This document shows positions 1 through 9,245 of a stretch of 64,000 nucleotides of DNA, one piece after another. Each line of letters starts with the position of its first letter. Position 1 is the stretch's first letter. Source of the stretch: Minisyncoccia bacterium (lineage in GTDB: Bacteria > Patescibacteriota > Minisyncoccia > Phycocordibacterales > UBA5272); assembly GCA_038256975.1 (NCBI GenBank), contig JBBSJU010000003.1, positions 4,807 through 68,806 of the forward strand, read 5' to 3'. A program made the position numbers and the translations under genes. The notes beneath the pieces are model-generated. The model searched no databases. It saw only the letters and a list, made by a program, of their open reading frames with translations, and was not told the origin of the DNA.

Positions 1-729
1 TTTTTCATCAACCAAACGTATAGATGTTTCGGAGCCTCCTACAATAGCACTTTTTGTTCGAGCATAAACAGTTTTATATCGAGGGCTACCGAGAAGTCCT
101 GGAAGTGCAAAATCTGCTTGCCCAATATTATATTGCGCACCGGGCTTATCCGCCGTTATAAGAGCCTGTATTGATCCGGGAGTACTGCTATTCAACATCC
201 TAGGTACGGTGACTCGTCCGTCTAAACGGTATATTTTACCATTTGGAGTTTCAAGTCGTGTACCCGCAACAAGAACTTGCTCAGTAGAGTTTGAGTTGTA
301 GATGGTCACGGTACCTTTCGCTTTCACAAGTGCCGGTGTTCCGGTGCTTGTTTTTATTTCTATGGACGTTGACGTACTCACAGATAGTGTCTGTAGGCTA
401 CTACCAGGTATTACAATATTGGCATCTTTGAATGTCAGGATTTCTTGTTTACTGGTTATATATATCGTAGCGCTTTTCTGAAAGTGCAGAAATCCACCAA
501 CCGCAACAAGTACTGTAATAATAAACAAAGAGAGTCTCCAACCACGTTTCTTTTCCTTTGGATAAAATTCAGCTTTTGTATGTGGGTATTCATCAAACTG
601 AGAATTCACTTCTTGTGGTTGCTTGATCACATTTGGAACTTTTTGGTACAAAGGTTCTGGCACCACACTCCCCGGCACATGAGGTTTAGTAATTTCTCGA
701 ATACTTTTTTTAGGAACAATATCTTGCAT
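1..729 (-). CDS. hypothetical membrane-anchored protein, partial (start ATG at 729; C-terminal part lies beyond the window edge)
   Basis: Uninterrupted ~243-codon frame on the minus strand (MQDIVPKKSIREITKPHVPG...LSLFIITVLVAVGGFL...), with one hydrophobic helix then a Thr/Ser-rich extracytoplasmic part. Absent from the ORF track because it runs off the window. A stop-free frame this long in AT-rich DNA argues for coding. Confidence 0.5.
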   Translation of the reverse strand, partial: MQDIVPKKSIREITKPHVPGSVVPEPLYQKVPNVIKQPQEVNSQFDEYPHTKAEFYPKEKKRGWRLSLFIITVLVAVGGFLHFQKSATIYITSKQEILTFKDANIVIPGSSLQTLSVSTSTSIEIKTSTGTPALVKAKGTVTIYNSNSTEQVLVAGTRLETPNGKIYRLDGRVTVPRMLNSSTPGSIQALITADKPGAQYNIGQADFALPGLLGSPRYKTVYARTKSAIVGGSETSIRLVDEK

Positions 730-742
730 AGAATGTTTGTAA

Positions 743-1732
743 TTATTGTACCTTATTTTTAATAATATATGCGAGACGCGCATCTACGCCTTTGTATATT
801 TCTACAAAATCTATATTTTTCTCTTGAGCTAGAGCATCCTCAACAATTGGAAGCATAAAAGAGTCTCCTACATATACTGTCGGATACAAAATATCAGTTG
901 ACAAGAGGCTCTTTTTAAAACTATCAGAGAACGTCTGTGCAAAATCTTTTACAATCTCTTTGTACACAGTATTCTTTGTACCATGAGCACGTTCAATGCT
1001 CTTGAGTGTACTTTCTATTTGCAAAAAAGGCTGCCCGTGTATTTGAGCACATTTTAAGATCGCAATTCCTGTACCTGTATTTAAAACCAGGCTTTTATTT
1101 TTGTGATAGTACACACTCACAATCTCTCCAAGCATCAACATATCGGTATTGGTTTTTCCCGTCACAAGATTTGGCAAAAAAACCTGCTTACCTAAAGAAT
1201 ACATCTGTTTGGCATTCTGAATGGAAGTGTAAACATTTCTTTGTATCCATTGTTGAACAACATTAGCCTTTCTTTCTCCTGACAAAGAAAGGTTTGAAGT
1301 GACATAACCATTTATTGTATGATTTTGCGGCGGATGTTCAAGAACAATTCCATCGAAAACATGTCGTCCAAGAAGTTCCGTATACGTATTAGGCAAATCA
1401 AGTGTGTCACCTATTTCTTTTATATTCTCTTCAAAAAAGGTCGCATCTTCTTTTTGGAACAAAACTTCATGCGCTTCAGCGAAAGACAGAGGTGCATCTA
1501 TAAAAATGTATGTTTGCGCAACTTTCTTTTTGGAAACAAGTTTCTCAAGTGTTTTTTGGAGAAGTGCTTCTGTTTGTGCGAGAAGTTTTTGTGGATCCTT
1601 TTCAGAAATAATAGACGCCTTGTTGTGAGATACGTGTTCTATGACACCATTTTTTACTATTGCACCACTAACACCGCCAAGATACATATCAAGCACAAGA
1701 GAGCAGCTTTCTTTTTGCAAAACATCACTCAT
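743..1732 (-). CDS. actin-like ATPase (ASKHA) superfamily protein, possible sugar kinase or PilM-like; product uncertain
   Basis: 329-aa ORF. N-terminal LVLDMYLGGVSGAIVKNG resembles a phosphate-1 motif and an internal LVLNTGTGIAI is Gly-rich. No confident family assignment from sequence alone. Confidence 0.45.
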   Translation of the reverse strand: MSDVLQKESCSLVLDMYLGGVSGAIVKNGVIEHVSHNKASIISEKDPQKLLAQTEALLQKTLEKLVSKKKVAQTYIFIDAPLSFAEAHEVLFQKEDATFFEENIKEIGDTLDLPNTYTELLGRHVFDGIVLEHPPQNHTINGYVTSNLSLSGERKANVVQQWIQRNVYTSIQNAKQMYSLGKQVFLPNLVTGKTNTDMLMLGEIVSVYYHKNKSLVLNTGTGIAILKCAQIHGQPFLQIESTLKSIERAHGTKNTVYKEIVKDFAQTFSDSFKKSLLSTDILYPTVYVGDSFMLPIVEDALAQEKNIDFVEIYKGVDARLAYIIKNKVQ

Positions 1733-1756
1733 TTGTATCAGTATATATTATTTTAC

Positions 1757-1792
1757 CAAAAATAATAAAACCAGGTATGCCATTACCTGGTT
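1757..1792 (-). terminator. rho-independent terminator for the minus-strand transcript
   Basis: Perfect 9-bp stem aaccaggta/tacctggtt with loop tgccat. On the minus strand it is followed by ttttattatttttgg. Lies ~130 nt downstream of CDS 1923..2303. Confidence 0.4.
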
Positions 1793-1922
1793 ATGGAAGG
1801 AACGCTTCTGCTGATCAGATCGGCGGAGAACTTCCTTGATGAAACATATTTTCTACTGAAACCCTAACTTAAATACCACAACAACTTCCAACCACACTTA
1901 AATCCATATCAAGACAACTTCA

Positions 1923-2303
1923 TTACACTTTAGTTATTCTTGGTGAAAACAAGTACCAATGAAGAATCCCCGTTATCCAACCAAGGAAAAGTGCGAATGA
2001 GAACGCTCTAAACCTCAGATTAACTACTTCTTGCAATTGATCAGATGGAGTGCCAATGAAAACTATCAAAAACAGTAGGATGAAATGAATCACCACCATC
2101 AGTACTGGCATACCAAGAAACAAGATTGTTCTGGGATCAGTAAAAAAGGAGTTCGCGAATCCAATCTTTACTGCCACAAAACACGTGGCAAGGAAACATA
2201 GAATTCCTACCCCTCTTCCTCCTACTAAAAATCCTACCAACGCAGAGAAACTTGCGAAAAACACCAGTACTGCAAAAAACCAAAATGTCTTACTCATGAA
2301 CAT
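1923..2303 (-). CDS. small integral membrane protein (4 predicted TM helices), function unknown
   Basis: 126-aa ORF made almost entirely of hydrophobic segments. Confidence 0.5.
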   Translation of the reverse strand: MFMSKTFWFFAVLVFFASFSALVGFLVGGRGVGILCFLATCFVAVKIGFANSFFTDPRTILFLGMPVLMVVIHFILLFLIVFIGTPSDQLQEVVNLRFRAFSFALFLGWITGILHWYLFSPRITKV

Positions 2304-2342
2304 GTCTCCATTGACATAACGAAGCAGAATTGCTTCGTTTAC

Positions 2343-2370
2343 AATTTATCATACAAAATATATTTGTCAA
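2343..2370 (-). promoter_or_regulatory. putative sigma70-type promoter (TTGACA-16-TAAATT) for membrane-protein gene 1923..2303
   Basis: Minus-strand reading ttgacaaatatattttgtatgataaatt. An 8-bp-stem hairpin acgaagca-gaat-tgcttcgt (2319..2338) falls in the predicted 5' UTR. Confidence 0.25.
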
Positions 2371-2391
2371 TGCTCTCTAAACTACTGATTT

Positions 2392-4347
2392 TTAAATTAG
2401 AACAGCTTTTATGCGACGTATACCTGCACTCACTGCTTCTTCTTTTTGAATTTTAAATATTCCAAGGACTCCTAAGTGTTCAACATGCGGACCGCCGCAG
2501 AATTCAATAGAGTAGAGATTACTATCCCCTCTTTTTTTACCTTCTCCGATACGATAAATACTCACCACATCACTATATTTATCTTCAAAAAGTCCAATTG
2601 CTCCACGAGCCTTTGCTTCTTCAAATGAAACTTCTTCACGAGTCACAGGTAAATCTGCCTGTATTTTTGAATTAATAATGTCTTCTACTTTCTTCTTTTC
2701 CTCGTCGGTCATTTTTGTATCGTGTGAGAAGTCAAAACGGAGACGTTCAGGTGTAATGTTTGAACCTTTTTGAAACACATGCTCGCCTAGCACTTCACGA
2801 AGCGCTTGATGAAGAAGGTGTGTTGCTGTGTGGTATTTTACTTCCATTTCCCCATCACCTCCAAGTCCACCTTTGAATTTTCCAGCTGATGCGGTGCGAG
2901 AGCTTGCAGCATGAGCTTCTTTAAGTGTGTCGAATTCAACTCGATCCACTCTACCTTTTTTCTCTTTTACAATCTCCTCCGTAAGTTCAATAGGAAAGCC
3001 GTCATTCTGCCATAAGTCAAACGCTATTTTTCCAGACAAAACCCACTCAAGCACTAAGTTTGGATCAAAATTTTCTCCAACAGAATCAAGTTTTGCCCAA
3101 GCTTCATCGCCTTTGTCTCTAGCTATTAATTTTTCAGTTTTCTTGAGACCATTTTCAAGTGTCTTTCTAAACTTCTCTTCTTCTTTGGTTATTTCGTTCA
3201 ATATTTCAGCTTTCTTTGTTTCAAGATTTTTGTACTCATCTTTATAGACTTGAATAAATGAGTCGGCAACTTTTGCACAAAAGTTTGTATGAATATCAAG
3301 ATTACGAGCGAAGCGCACCGCGCGGCGAATGAGTCGGCGCACAAAATAACTTTGGTCTTTGTTTCCTGGAAGCACGCCGTCACTAATTAAAAATGTTGCG
3401 GCACGAATGTGATCGAGAATAACTCGAAAAGCATACTGAGCCGTGCCTTGATACGTTTTACCTGAAAGTCGTTCGATCGTTGCTTTTGCAACATCAAACA
3501 CATCCATATTAAACACATCAGCATCATTTTGTGTTGCTGCAGTCATGCGCTCAAGTCCACCGCCAAAGTCTACATTTTGCTGTGCGAGTTTTTCAAAACC
3601 ATTTTCTGTTTTAACGTACTCCATGAAGACATTGTTACCAATTTCCACAAAACGTCCGCAATCGCAGTTTACGTGGCAAAATTCGCCACTCCAAGCTGTG
3701 TTTGGAATACAACTTCGTCCAAGGTCTGGATAGAAGTCGTAAAACATCTCAGTATCTGGGCCACCTGGCTCACCCACTGGCATATTTCCTGGTACTCCTG
3801 ATCTACTCCACCAATTTTTCTTTTCAGGATAATAAAAAATTCGTTCACCAACTTGTATACCGTCAACTTCAGGATTCTCACCTATTTTTGCATCAACCCC
3901 TTTTGTTTTAAAAAGTTTTTGCCAAAGTTCTGCTGACTCTGTATCTTTTGGAATTCCAAGAGACTCATTTCCCTTGAAACAAGAAAAATAAAGACGTTCG
4001 TGGTCGAGTTTAATTTCCTCTGTCAAAAATTCCCACATCCACGGAATTTGTTCTTGCTTAAAAAAATCACCAAGTGACCAGTTTCCAAGCATTTCAAAAA
4101 ATGTTGTGTGGCGATTGTCACCCACTTCCTCTATATCCTGACTACGAAAACATTTTTGAGAATCCGTAATCTTTGTTCCAAGTGGATGCTTTTGCCCTAA
4201 AAGGTATGGCACCATCGGCTGCATTCCAGAGCCTGTAAACAAAGTCGTTGGGTCATTTTCTGGCACGAGCGGAGATGAAGGAACAATTACGTGCCCTTTC
4301 TTCTCCATAAACTTCAAAAATAACGATCGTAGCTCGTTTGTTTTCAT
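2392..4347 (-). CDS. alaS: alanine--tRNA ligase, short form lacking the C-terminal C-Ala domain
   Basis: N-terminal class II catalytic core (LFTGSGMQPMVPYL). Editing-domain HxxxH motif (HTATHLLHQALREVLGEH). Only 651 aa versus ~870 for canonical AlaRS. Confidence 0.9.
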   Translation of the reverse strand: MKTNELRSLFLKFMEKKGHVIVPSSPLVPENDPTTLFTGSGMQPMVPYLLGQKHPLGTKITDSQKCFRSQDIEEVGDNRHTTFFEMLGNWSLGDFFKQEQIPWMWEFLTEEIKLDHERLYFSCFKGNESLGIPKDTESAELWQKLFKTKGVDAKIGENPEVDGIQVGERIFYYPEKKNWWSRSGVPGNMPVGEPGGPDTEMFYDFYPDLGRSCIPNTAWSGEFCHVNCDCGRFVEIGNNVFMEYVKTENGFEKLAQQNVDFGGGLERMTAATQNDADVFNMDVFDVAKATIERLSGKTYQGTAQYAFRVILDHIRAATFLISDGVLPGNKDQSYFVRRLIRRAVRFARNLDIHTNFCAKVADSFIQVYKDEYKNLETKKAEILNEITKEEEKFRKTLENGLKKTEKLIARDKGDEAWAKLDSVGENFDPNLVLEWVLSGKIAFDLWQNDGFPIELTEEIVKEKKGRVDRVEFDTLKEAHAASSRTASAGKFKGGLGGDGEMEVKYHTATHLLHQALREVLGEHVFQKGSNITPERLRFDFSHDTKMTDEEKKKVEDIINSKIQADLPVTREEVSFEEAKARGAIGLFEDKYSDVVSIYRIGEGKKRGDSNLYSIEFCGGPHVEHLGVLGIFKIQKEEAVSAGIRRIKAVLI

Positions 4348-4380
4348 ACCTAAGTCTGTATTCTTCGAGTATAGCAGCGA

Positions 4381-4875
4381 TTACTTTATGAATCCAATAG
4401 ACCTAAAAAATGACTCAAACGACGCCCATGGAAGCGCGACAAGTAATGTTCCAAGAAGTACAAAAAGTCCGCCGATCGCAGTTTTTACGGTAAAAGATTC
4501 TCCCAAAAAAAGTGCGGCTAAAATAAGAGTAAAGATAAGACTCAGCTTGTCGAGCACTGTTACACCTTGCGCAGGACCAATAGAAAGCGCTTGAAAGAAC
4601 AGAAGCCAAGAAAGCGCGCCGCACACAGCGGAAAGAACGATAAACACCCAAGCAGAAAATGGTAATTCAAAAAACGAAGAGGCCTGTACCTTTTTTGAAA
4701 CGAAAAGGGTAAATAAAGTGACAACAATTGCCATAACAATTCCACGGATTGTCGTGACAATATGTGAAGGAATGTCTGCAAGACCAACTTTAGCAAAAAC
4801 AGTACCGAGAGATGCTGCAACAGCCCCGAGGAGCGCAAGAGTGACCCAACTATTTAATATCATCATGTGGGGCAA
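4381..4875 (-). CDS. small EamA/DMT-like membrane protein
   Basis: 164 aa, 4-5 TM helices, Gly/Ala-rich helices typical of DMT half-transporters. Start codon uncertain because of overlap with the upstream gene. Confidence 0.45.
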   Translation of the reverse strand: MPHMMILNSWVTLALLGAVAASLGTVFAKVGLADIPSHIVTTIRGIVMAIVVTLFTLFVSKKVQASSFFELPFSAWVFIVLSAVCGALSWLLFFQALSIGPAQGVTVLDKLSLIFTLILAALFLGESFTVKTAIGGLFVLLGTLLVALPWASFESFFRSIGFIK

Positions 4876-5302
4876 TAAACTTATCTTCTATTTTCCAAAG
4901 AATGGTCAGGGTTACAACCGTTGCAACAGTTGCAATTGTTGCGAGTGTATAGAAGCCGAAACCACATGCAATACCAATACCAGCAGCAACCCAAAGTCCT
5001 GTCGCGGTAGTAAGCCCTGTCACGTGATTATCACGAAACATAATAGCTCCAGCACCAAGAAATCCAATACCTGCAACAACTTGCGCAGCAATACGAAGCG
5101 AATCAGTTACACCAACACCAACTTCTCCCATAATCTGTCCTGAAACCACAAAAAGTGCGGCACCCATCGCAACAAGTCCATAGGTTCGAGGCCCTGCTGT
5201 TTTGTGTGCACGAACTCGTTCAATACCAATAAGAAGTCCTAAGACAAGAGCAACAATAATTCGAATGGAAAAATCAATTTCTATATCTGATATAAAATTC
5301 AT
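4850..5302 (-). CDS. MgtC/SapB family membrane protein
   Basis: N-terminal IRIIVALVLGLLIGIERVRAHKTAGPRTYGLVAMGAALF matches the MgtC signature (IGxER...AGxRT). Confidence 0.75.
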   Translation of the reverse strand: MNFISDIEIDFSIRIIVALVLGLLIGIERVRAHKTAGPRTYGLVAMGAALFVVSGQIMGEVGVGVTDSLRIAAQVVAGIGFLGAGAIMFRDNHVTGLTTATGLWVAAGIGIACGFGFYTLATIATVATVVTLTILWKIEDKFIAPHDDIK

Positions 5303-6369
5303 TACACTATTATACCTCCACCAAGAACTTTTGTACCATTTTTGTTGTAGATAACTGCCGATTGTCCCGGAACAGCAAGTGAAGCTTCTTTCAAAATAAT
5401 TATTGTATTATTTTTATCCTGCACACATCGTGCCTCAATCAAGGCTTGGCGGTATCGTAAACGCACAGATACTTCAGCGTCATTCAGAATTCCTTCAGTC
5501 ATTTGAAATGCGCGTAACTTAATTTCTGTTTCTGGTTTTGTTTGAGGTTTTTTCGTTGAAACAGTGATCGTATTTTTTTCTACATCCCTATCTACAATGA
5601 AAAATGCCTCGTCGTGAGGTGTTTTGTGTGTAATGGTAAAACCATGTCGTTCGCCTAATGTGTAGAGCATTGCTCCGTCATGCGTACCGATTATTTCACT
5701 TTTTTCATTTAAAACACTGCCTGGCTTTGGCGAAAGCTCTTGTTTCAAAAGATCTTTAAACGAGATAGTTCCTACGAAACAAAGCCCTTGGCTATCTCTT
5801 TTGGGCGCGGTGTACAGTTTTGCTTTTTCCGCAATTATACGCACGTCTTTTTTTTCAAGATGCCCAATAGGAAAAAGTACATGTGCTAATTGTGACTGTC
5901 CGAGTGTCCATAAAAAATATGTTTGATCTTTCTCAGTATCTTTACTAACATGCATCTCATACACTTCCCCATTCTTTTTTACCTGAGCGTAGTGTCCTGT
6001 GGCGATATAGTCAGCTCCATGTTTTAAAGCGAAATCCAAGAATGCGCCAAATTTAACTTCTCGATTACACATGACATCAGGATTTGGTGTGTTTCCTGCT
6101 TGGTACTCTTCTAGCATATAGTCTATGACCCCCTTTTTATATTCTTCCTCTAAATCAAGTGTGAGAAATGGAATATCAAGTTGTGCCGCTATGCGCATGG
6201 CGTCAAGACGATCTTCTTTGGCAGTACAAGGAAAACCTTCTGGCTGCCACACTTTTATAAAAACCCCGACTACATTGTAGCCAGATTCTTTGAGCAAATA
6301 TGCCGAAACAGACGAGTCCACTCCGCCTGACATTCCAACAAAAACGGTTTTTGGAAAGTTTTTAAGCAT
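5302..6369 (-). CDS. mnmA: tRNA-specific 2-thiouridylase MnmA
   Basis: PP-loop VGMSGGVDSSVSAYLL near the N-terminus. Conserved FPCTAKED, NPDVMCN and IATGHYA blocks. Confidence 0.9.
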   Translation of the reverse strand: MLKNFPKTVFVGMSGGVDSSVSAYLLKESGYNVVGVFIKVWQPEGFPCTAKEDRLDAMRIAAQLDIPFLTLDLEEEYKKGVIDYMLEEYQAGNTPNPDVMCNREVKFGAFLDFALKHGADYIATGHYAQVKKNGEVYEMHVSKDTEKDQTYFLWTLGQSQLAHVLFPIGHLEKKDVRIIAEKAKLYTAPKRDSQGLCFVGTISFKDLLKQELSPKPGSVLNEKSEIIGTHDGAMLYTLGERHGFTITHKTPHDEAFFIVDRDVEKNTITVSTKKPQTKPETEIKLRAFQMTEGILNDAEVSVRLRYRQALIEARCVQDKNNTIIILKEASLAVPGQSAVIYNKNGTKVLGGGIIV

Positions 6370-6913
6370 TCATCATTTTTTTGTACACCTCAAAGAGTGC
6401 TTTTGTATCAGCGAGCGCAGTGTGGGCGCGTTCGTTCTTGATACCATACATTTCACAAAGATAACGTAATGAATATTTATCGACTTCAGATTTATTATAG
6501 TGTTGCGCAAAAGCAATTGAGAGCGTATCGAGTCTTTGAAAATGTAGTGTGTTTTCTACACCGGTTGATTTAAATGCTTTATCAATAAAAGCGGCATCAA
6601 ACGTAAGGTTATGAGCAACCATAATCGCCCCTTTTGCTTTTTTTGCAAGATGTTCCATGGCATTCTTTAGGTCAATTGCAAATACCCATTCCATTTCATT
6701 AAAACCAGTAATCCGAAGGGCTTCCTCTTCTGCGTCCTGTAATCGAGTTGGCGTAACCTTGAGCTCAAATTCTTCAACAATACTTACTTCCGGACCTTTT
6801 CCAATACGTGATGTTTGCTTTGCAATAACACATCCAAGCTGGATAATTTCATGTTTCTCGGCATCGAGCCCCGTCGTTTCCACATCGATAAATGCAAGTA
6901 GTTCTGATTTCAT
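6362..6913 (-). CDS. DEDDh 3'-5' exonuclease (DnaQ/epsilon-like)
   Basis: Exo I motif FIDVETTGLD. H-x4-D motif near the C-terminus (HTALADTKAL). Confidence 0.75.
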   Translation of the reverse strand: MKSELLAFIDVETTGLDAEKHEIIQLGCVIAKQTSRIGKGPEVSIVEEFELKVTPTRLQDAEEEALRITGFNEMEWVFAIDLKNAMEHLAKKAKGAIMVAHNLTFDAAFIDKAFKSTGVENTLHFQRLDTLSIAFAQHYNKSEVDKYSLRYLCEMYGIKNERAHTALADTKALFEVYKKMMNA

Positions 6914-6936
6914 GTGTTTTGATTGTACTTACTTAT

Positions 6937-7848
6937 TTACTTGAGGTAAAGTGCTTTATTTTTCACATGCTCTTCATGTGTACGAGCATAGTACATTTCT
7001 CCGTCATCACCGGTTAAATAGAACAAGTATGGAGAGGCTTCTGGACTCAGTGCTGCAAGGAGGGAGATTTTTCCTGGATTTGAAATAGCTGTCGGTGGTA
7101 ATCCAGTATTTGTATATGTATTATACGGAGATTCTTTCGCCAAATCCGAAGTACTTAATTGAGCAGACGTCTTTCCTCGTTCATAAAAAAGTGTTGCATC
7201 TACCTGAAGCGCCATTCCAATTTTAAGTCGTTTATAGAGAATACCTGAGATAATACGCATGTCTTTTTCAGTATTTGCCTCTTTTTCTAAAATAGAAGCG
7301 ATGATAAGATTTTTTTTCTTTTCTGCTTCAGACAGCTGGGTTAAGATATTTTGTGTTTGTGTAATAAATTCTTTCTCAGCGACCGCAATAAGAGCATCTT
7401 CTGTCTCATTTCCGATAAATTCATACGTGTTCGGAAAAAGATACCCTTCCTTGCCTTGTACCTTTTCTAGAAAACGTTTGGCATCACATTGAGAAAGTTT
7501 TTGAGCACACAAGACGGCGATTTCTTTGTTTGTTGAGCCCTCAGGAATTGTTATTCGAACCGCCTTTCTATAGGTACTCTTTTCAAAAAGAAACAGGTAT
7601 TGAAAAAAACTCTTTTTTAAAGGAATATCATAAAATCCCTCTTGAACACGAACACCAAGAAGCACTCCATATTTTTCAAACAAATTTTTTGAATAGACGC
7701 ACCCAACTTCTTTTAGTTTTGTTGCCACATCATGAACAGAGTCATTTTTTTCAATCGTCAAAGTAAAAGCCTTACATGAAGGAGGTGTGGTATGTATGCA
7801 CAGTAAAATAAAAAAAATAAATCCAAAGAGAATGGGAACATTTTTCAT
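6937..7848 (-). CDS. mltG: endolytic murein transglycosylase MltG (YceG-like)
   Basis: N-terminal signal/TM. C-terminal SPYNTYTNTGLPPTAISNPG matches the YceG signature. Confidence 0.85.
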   Translation of the reverse strand: MKNVPILFGFIFFILLCIHTTPPSCKAFTLTIEKNDSVHDVATKLKEVGCVYSKNLFEKYGVLLGVRVQEGFYDIPLKKSFFQYLFLFEKSTYRKAVRITIPEGSTNKEIAVLCAQKLSQCDAKRFLEKVQGKEGYLFPNTYEFIGNETEDALIAVAEKEFITQTQNILTQLSEAEKKKNLIIASILEKEANTEKDMRIISGILYKRLKIGMALQVDATLFYERGKTSAQLSTSDLAKESPYNTYTNTGLPPTAISNPGKISLLAALSPEASPYLFYLTGDDGEMYYARTHEEHVKNKALYLK

Positions 7849-7851
7849 AAC

Positions 7852-9216
7852 CTAGAGTGGTAGATTAATAGGTGGTTCTGCTTTTGTAGATCCAATACGT
7901 TTTAGTGATGGTGCTGCTGAGACTTGTCCAGGGAAATGGTACACAGTTGCGAGTTCTTCAGTATTTAATATAAAACGAGTTGGGTCATCTTTTACTGATG
8001 GTTTCTTAAAGGCTTTTACAGGATCAACTGAAAAGAAGCGAATTTTAAAAGCTTCCCAAATATCATGAACTACACCACTCGGGATTCCATTATACCAATC
8101 TTCATTACTGTGAGCTTTGTAAAAACCTTTTCGTTTCTGAATTTTAGCGACAGCCTCATCTTTTTTTATAATAAGTTTAAGTCCTGTCGTATCTTCCCAT
8201 GGAAAATCAAAACTTGTTGTATTTTCTGGTCTAAAACCGTTATAGTTGCCATGACCAAATTGACGTAAACACCCTGTTGCTGCATCAATATTTCTTGGAT
8301 CAAAGTGTTTTTTATCAGCAATATACGCAACACGAATCATTACTTCAAAACCCGGTTTAGAAATATTATTATAAATCGCTTCAACTTTTTGTTTATCTGT
8401 ATATGAGAGATCCGAATCCTTTTTTGCTTCTGGGACATTGCCCCGAGCCTTCTCATCTGTTTTTCGTGCTTCTGCAAGTTCAGCCTTGGCTTCTTTAATT
8501 TTTTCTTTTAGCTCATCATTTGTAAGCTCAAGTCCGTAATAAATCTTGTTCAATGCTTTTTGCGCGTCTAATTTCCATGTATCAAATTTCCCATCTACCG
8601 CGCGACAAATAATCTGAAACCAAATTTGTTCGCCTTTTTTAACCGAACCCATCCATTCAATAAGTGGCGCTATCGGATCGACTTTAAACTCTTCTTTCGG
8701 ATCCTTATCGAGTTTATAATCAACATAGGTGCGAATAGGGATAGCGTCCTCCCCTACTAAGGCAAAATCATTTCCCCAAACATCGTGTTCTTTTGGATCA
8801 TAACGAAGATAATTTGTGTAGTCTTCAGCTTCTGTTATTTCTATTCCAGGATACTGTGCGTACAGCGCTGACTCTATGGCATTTTTAAACTTACTGTTTG
8901 TGCGAATAAAAAAGCGTACGTCACCTTCTATAGAGGCAATTTCCAGTGAAAACCAATTCCGAACCTTCCCATCCCAAAATTTTGCATACCACGTACTCGT
9001 TCCACCTCCTTGATGCAAAGAAGTAAGAAACATCTCCATAGCAAGGGGTGATTTAAACAAATCTCGAGGTAAGCGCACTTCAAGTAAAATCCATTTTATA
9101 GAATTGAGAAATTGCGCCTGAACGTGCCGTACCCAATGTCTCCACCAGAGTATGCCGAGTCCTGCAGAAAGTGCGATAAAGAATAATAGCGTAATGATTG
9201 CCCCAAGGTAATTCAT
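7852..9216 (-). CDS. hypothetical N-terminally membrane-anchored protein with a central Lys/Glu-rich coiled-coil
   Basis: 454-aa ORF with one N-terminal TM helix. No recognisable catalytic motif. Confidence 0.5.
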   Translation of the reverse strand: MNYLGAIITLLFFIALSAGLGILWWRHWVRHVQAQFLNSIKWILLEVRLPRDLFKSPLAMEMFLTSLHQGGGTSTWYAKFWDGKVRNWFSLEIASIEGDVRFFIRTNSKFKNAIESALYAQYPGIEITEAEDYTNYLRYDPKEHDVWGNDFALVGEDAIPIRTYVDYKLDKDPKEEFKVDPIAPLIEWMGSVKKGEQIWFQIICRAVDGKFDTWKLDAQKALNKIYYGLELTNDELKEKIKEAKAELAEARKTDEKARGNVPEAKKDSDLSYTDKQKVEAIYNNISKPGFEVMIRVAYIADKKHFDPRNIDAATGCLRQFGHGNYNGFRPENTTSFDFPWEDTTGLKLIIKKDEAVAKIQKRKGFYKAHSNEDWYNGIPSGVVHDIWEAFKIRFFSVDPVKAFKKPSVKDDPTRFILNTEELATVYHFPGQVSAAPSLKRIGSTKAEPPINLPL

Positions 9217-9245
9217 TACGCTATTATACCAAACTTATGAGATTC

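Noticed and set aside
445-762. 105-aa plus-strand ORF from the track
   Set aside because: It lies entirely antisense to a long stop-free minus-strand frame (1..729) with a TM helix and is itself low-complexity. Treated as a shadow ORF.
1796-1922. ~125-bp intergenic stretch between terminator and CDS 1923..2303 as a possible small RNA
   Set aside because: No compelling secondary structure or promoter seen by eye. Insufficient evidence.
2927-3247. Antisense ORFs inside alaS, and similar ones inside leuS, uvrA, uvrB, lysS, mrdA and mreB (e.g. 11651..11959, 25001..25573, 54095..54658)
   Set aside because: They are embedded in strongly supported housekeeping CDSs on the opposite strand. Typical AT-rich shadow frames.
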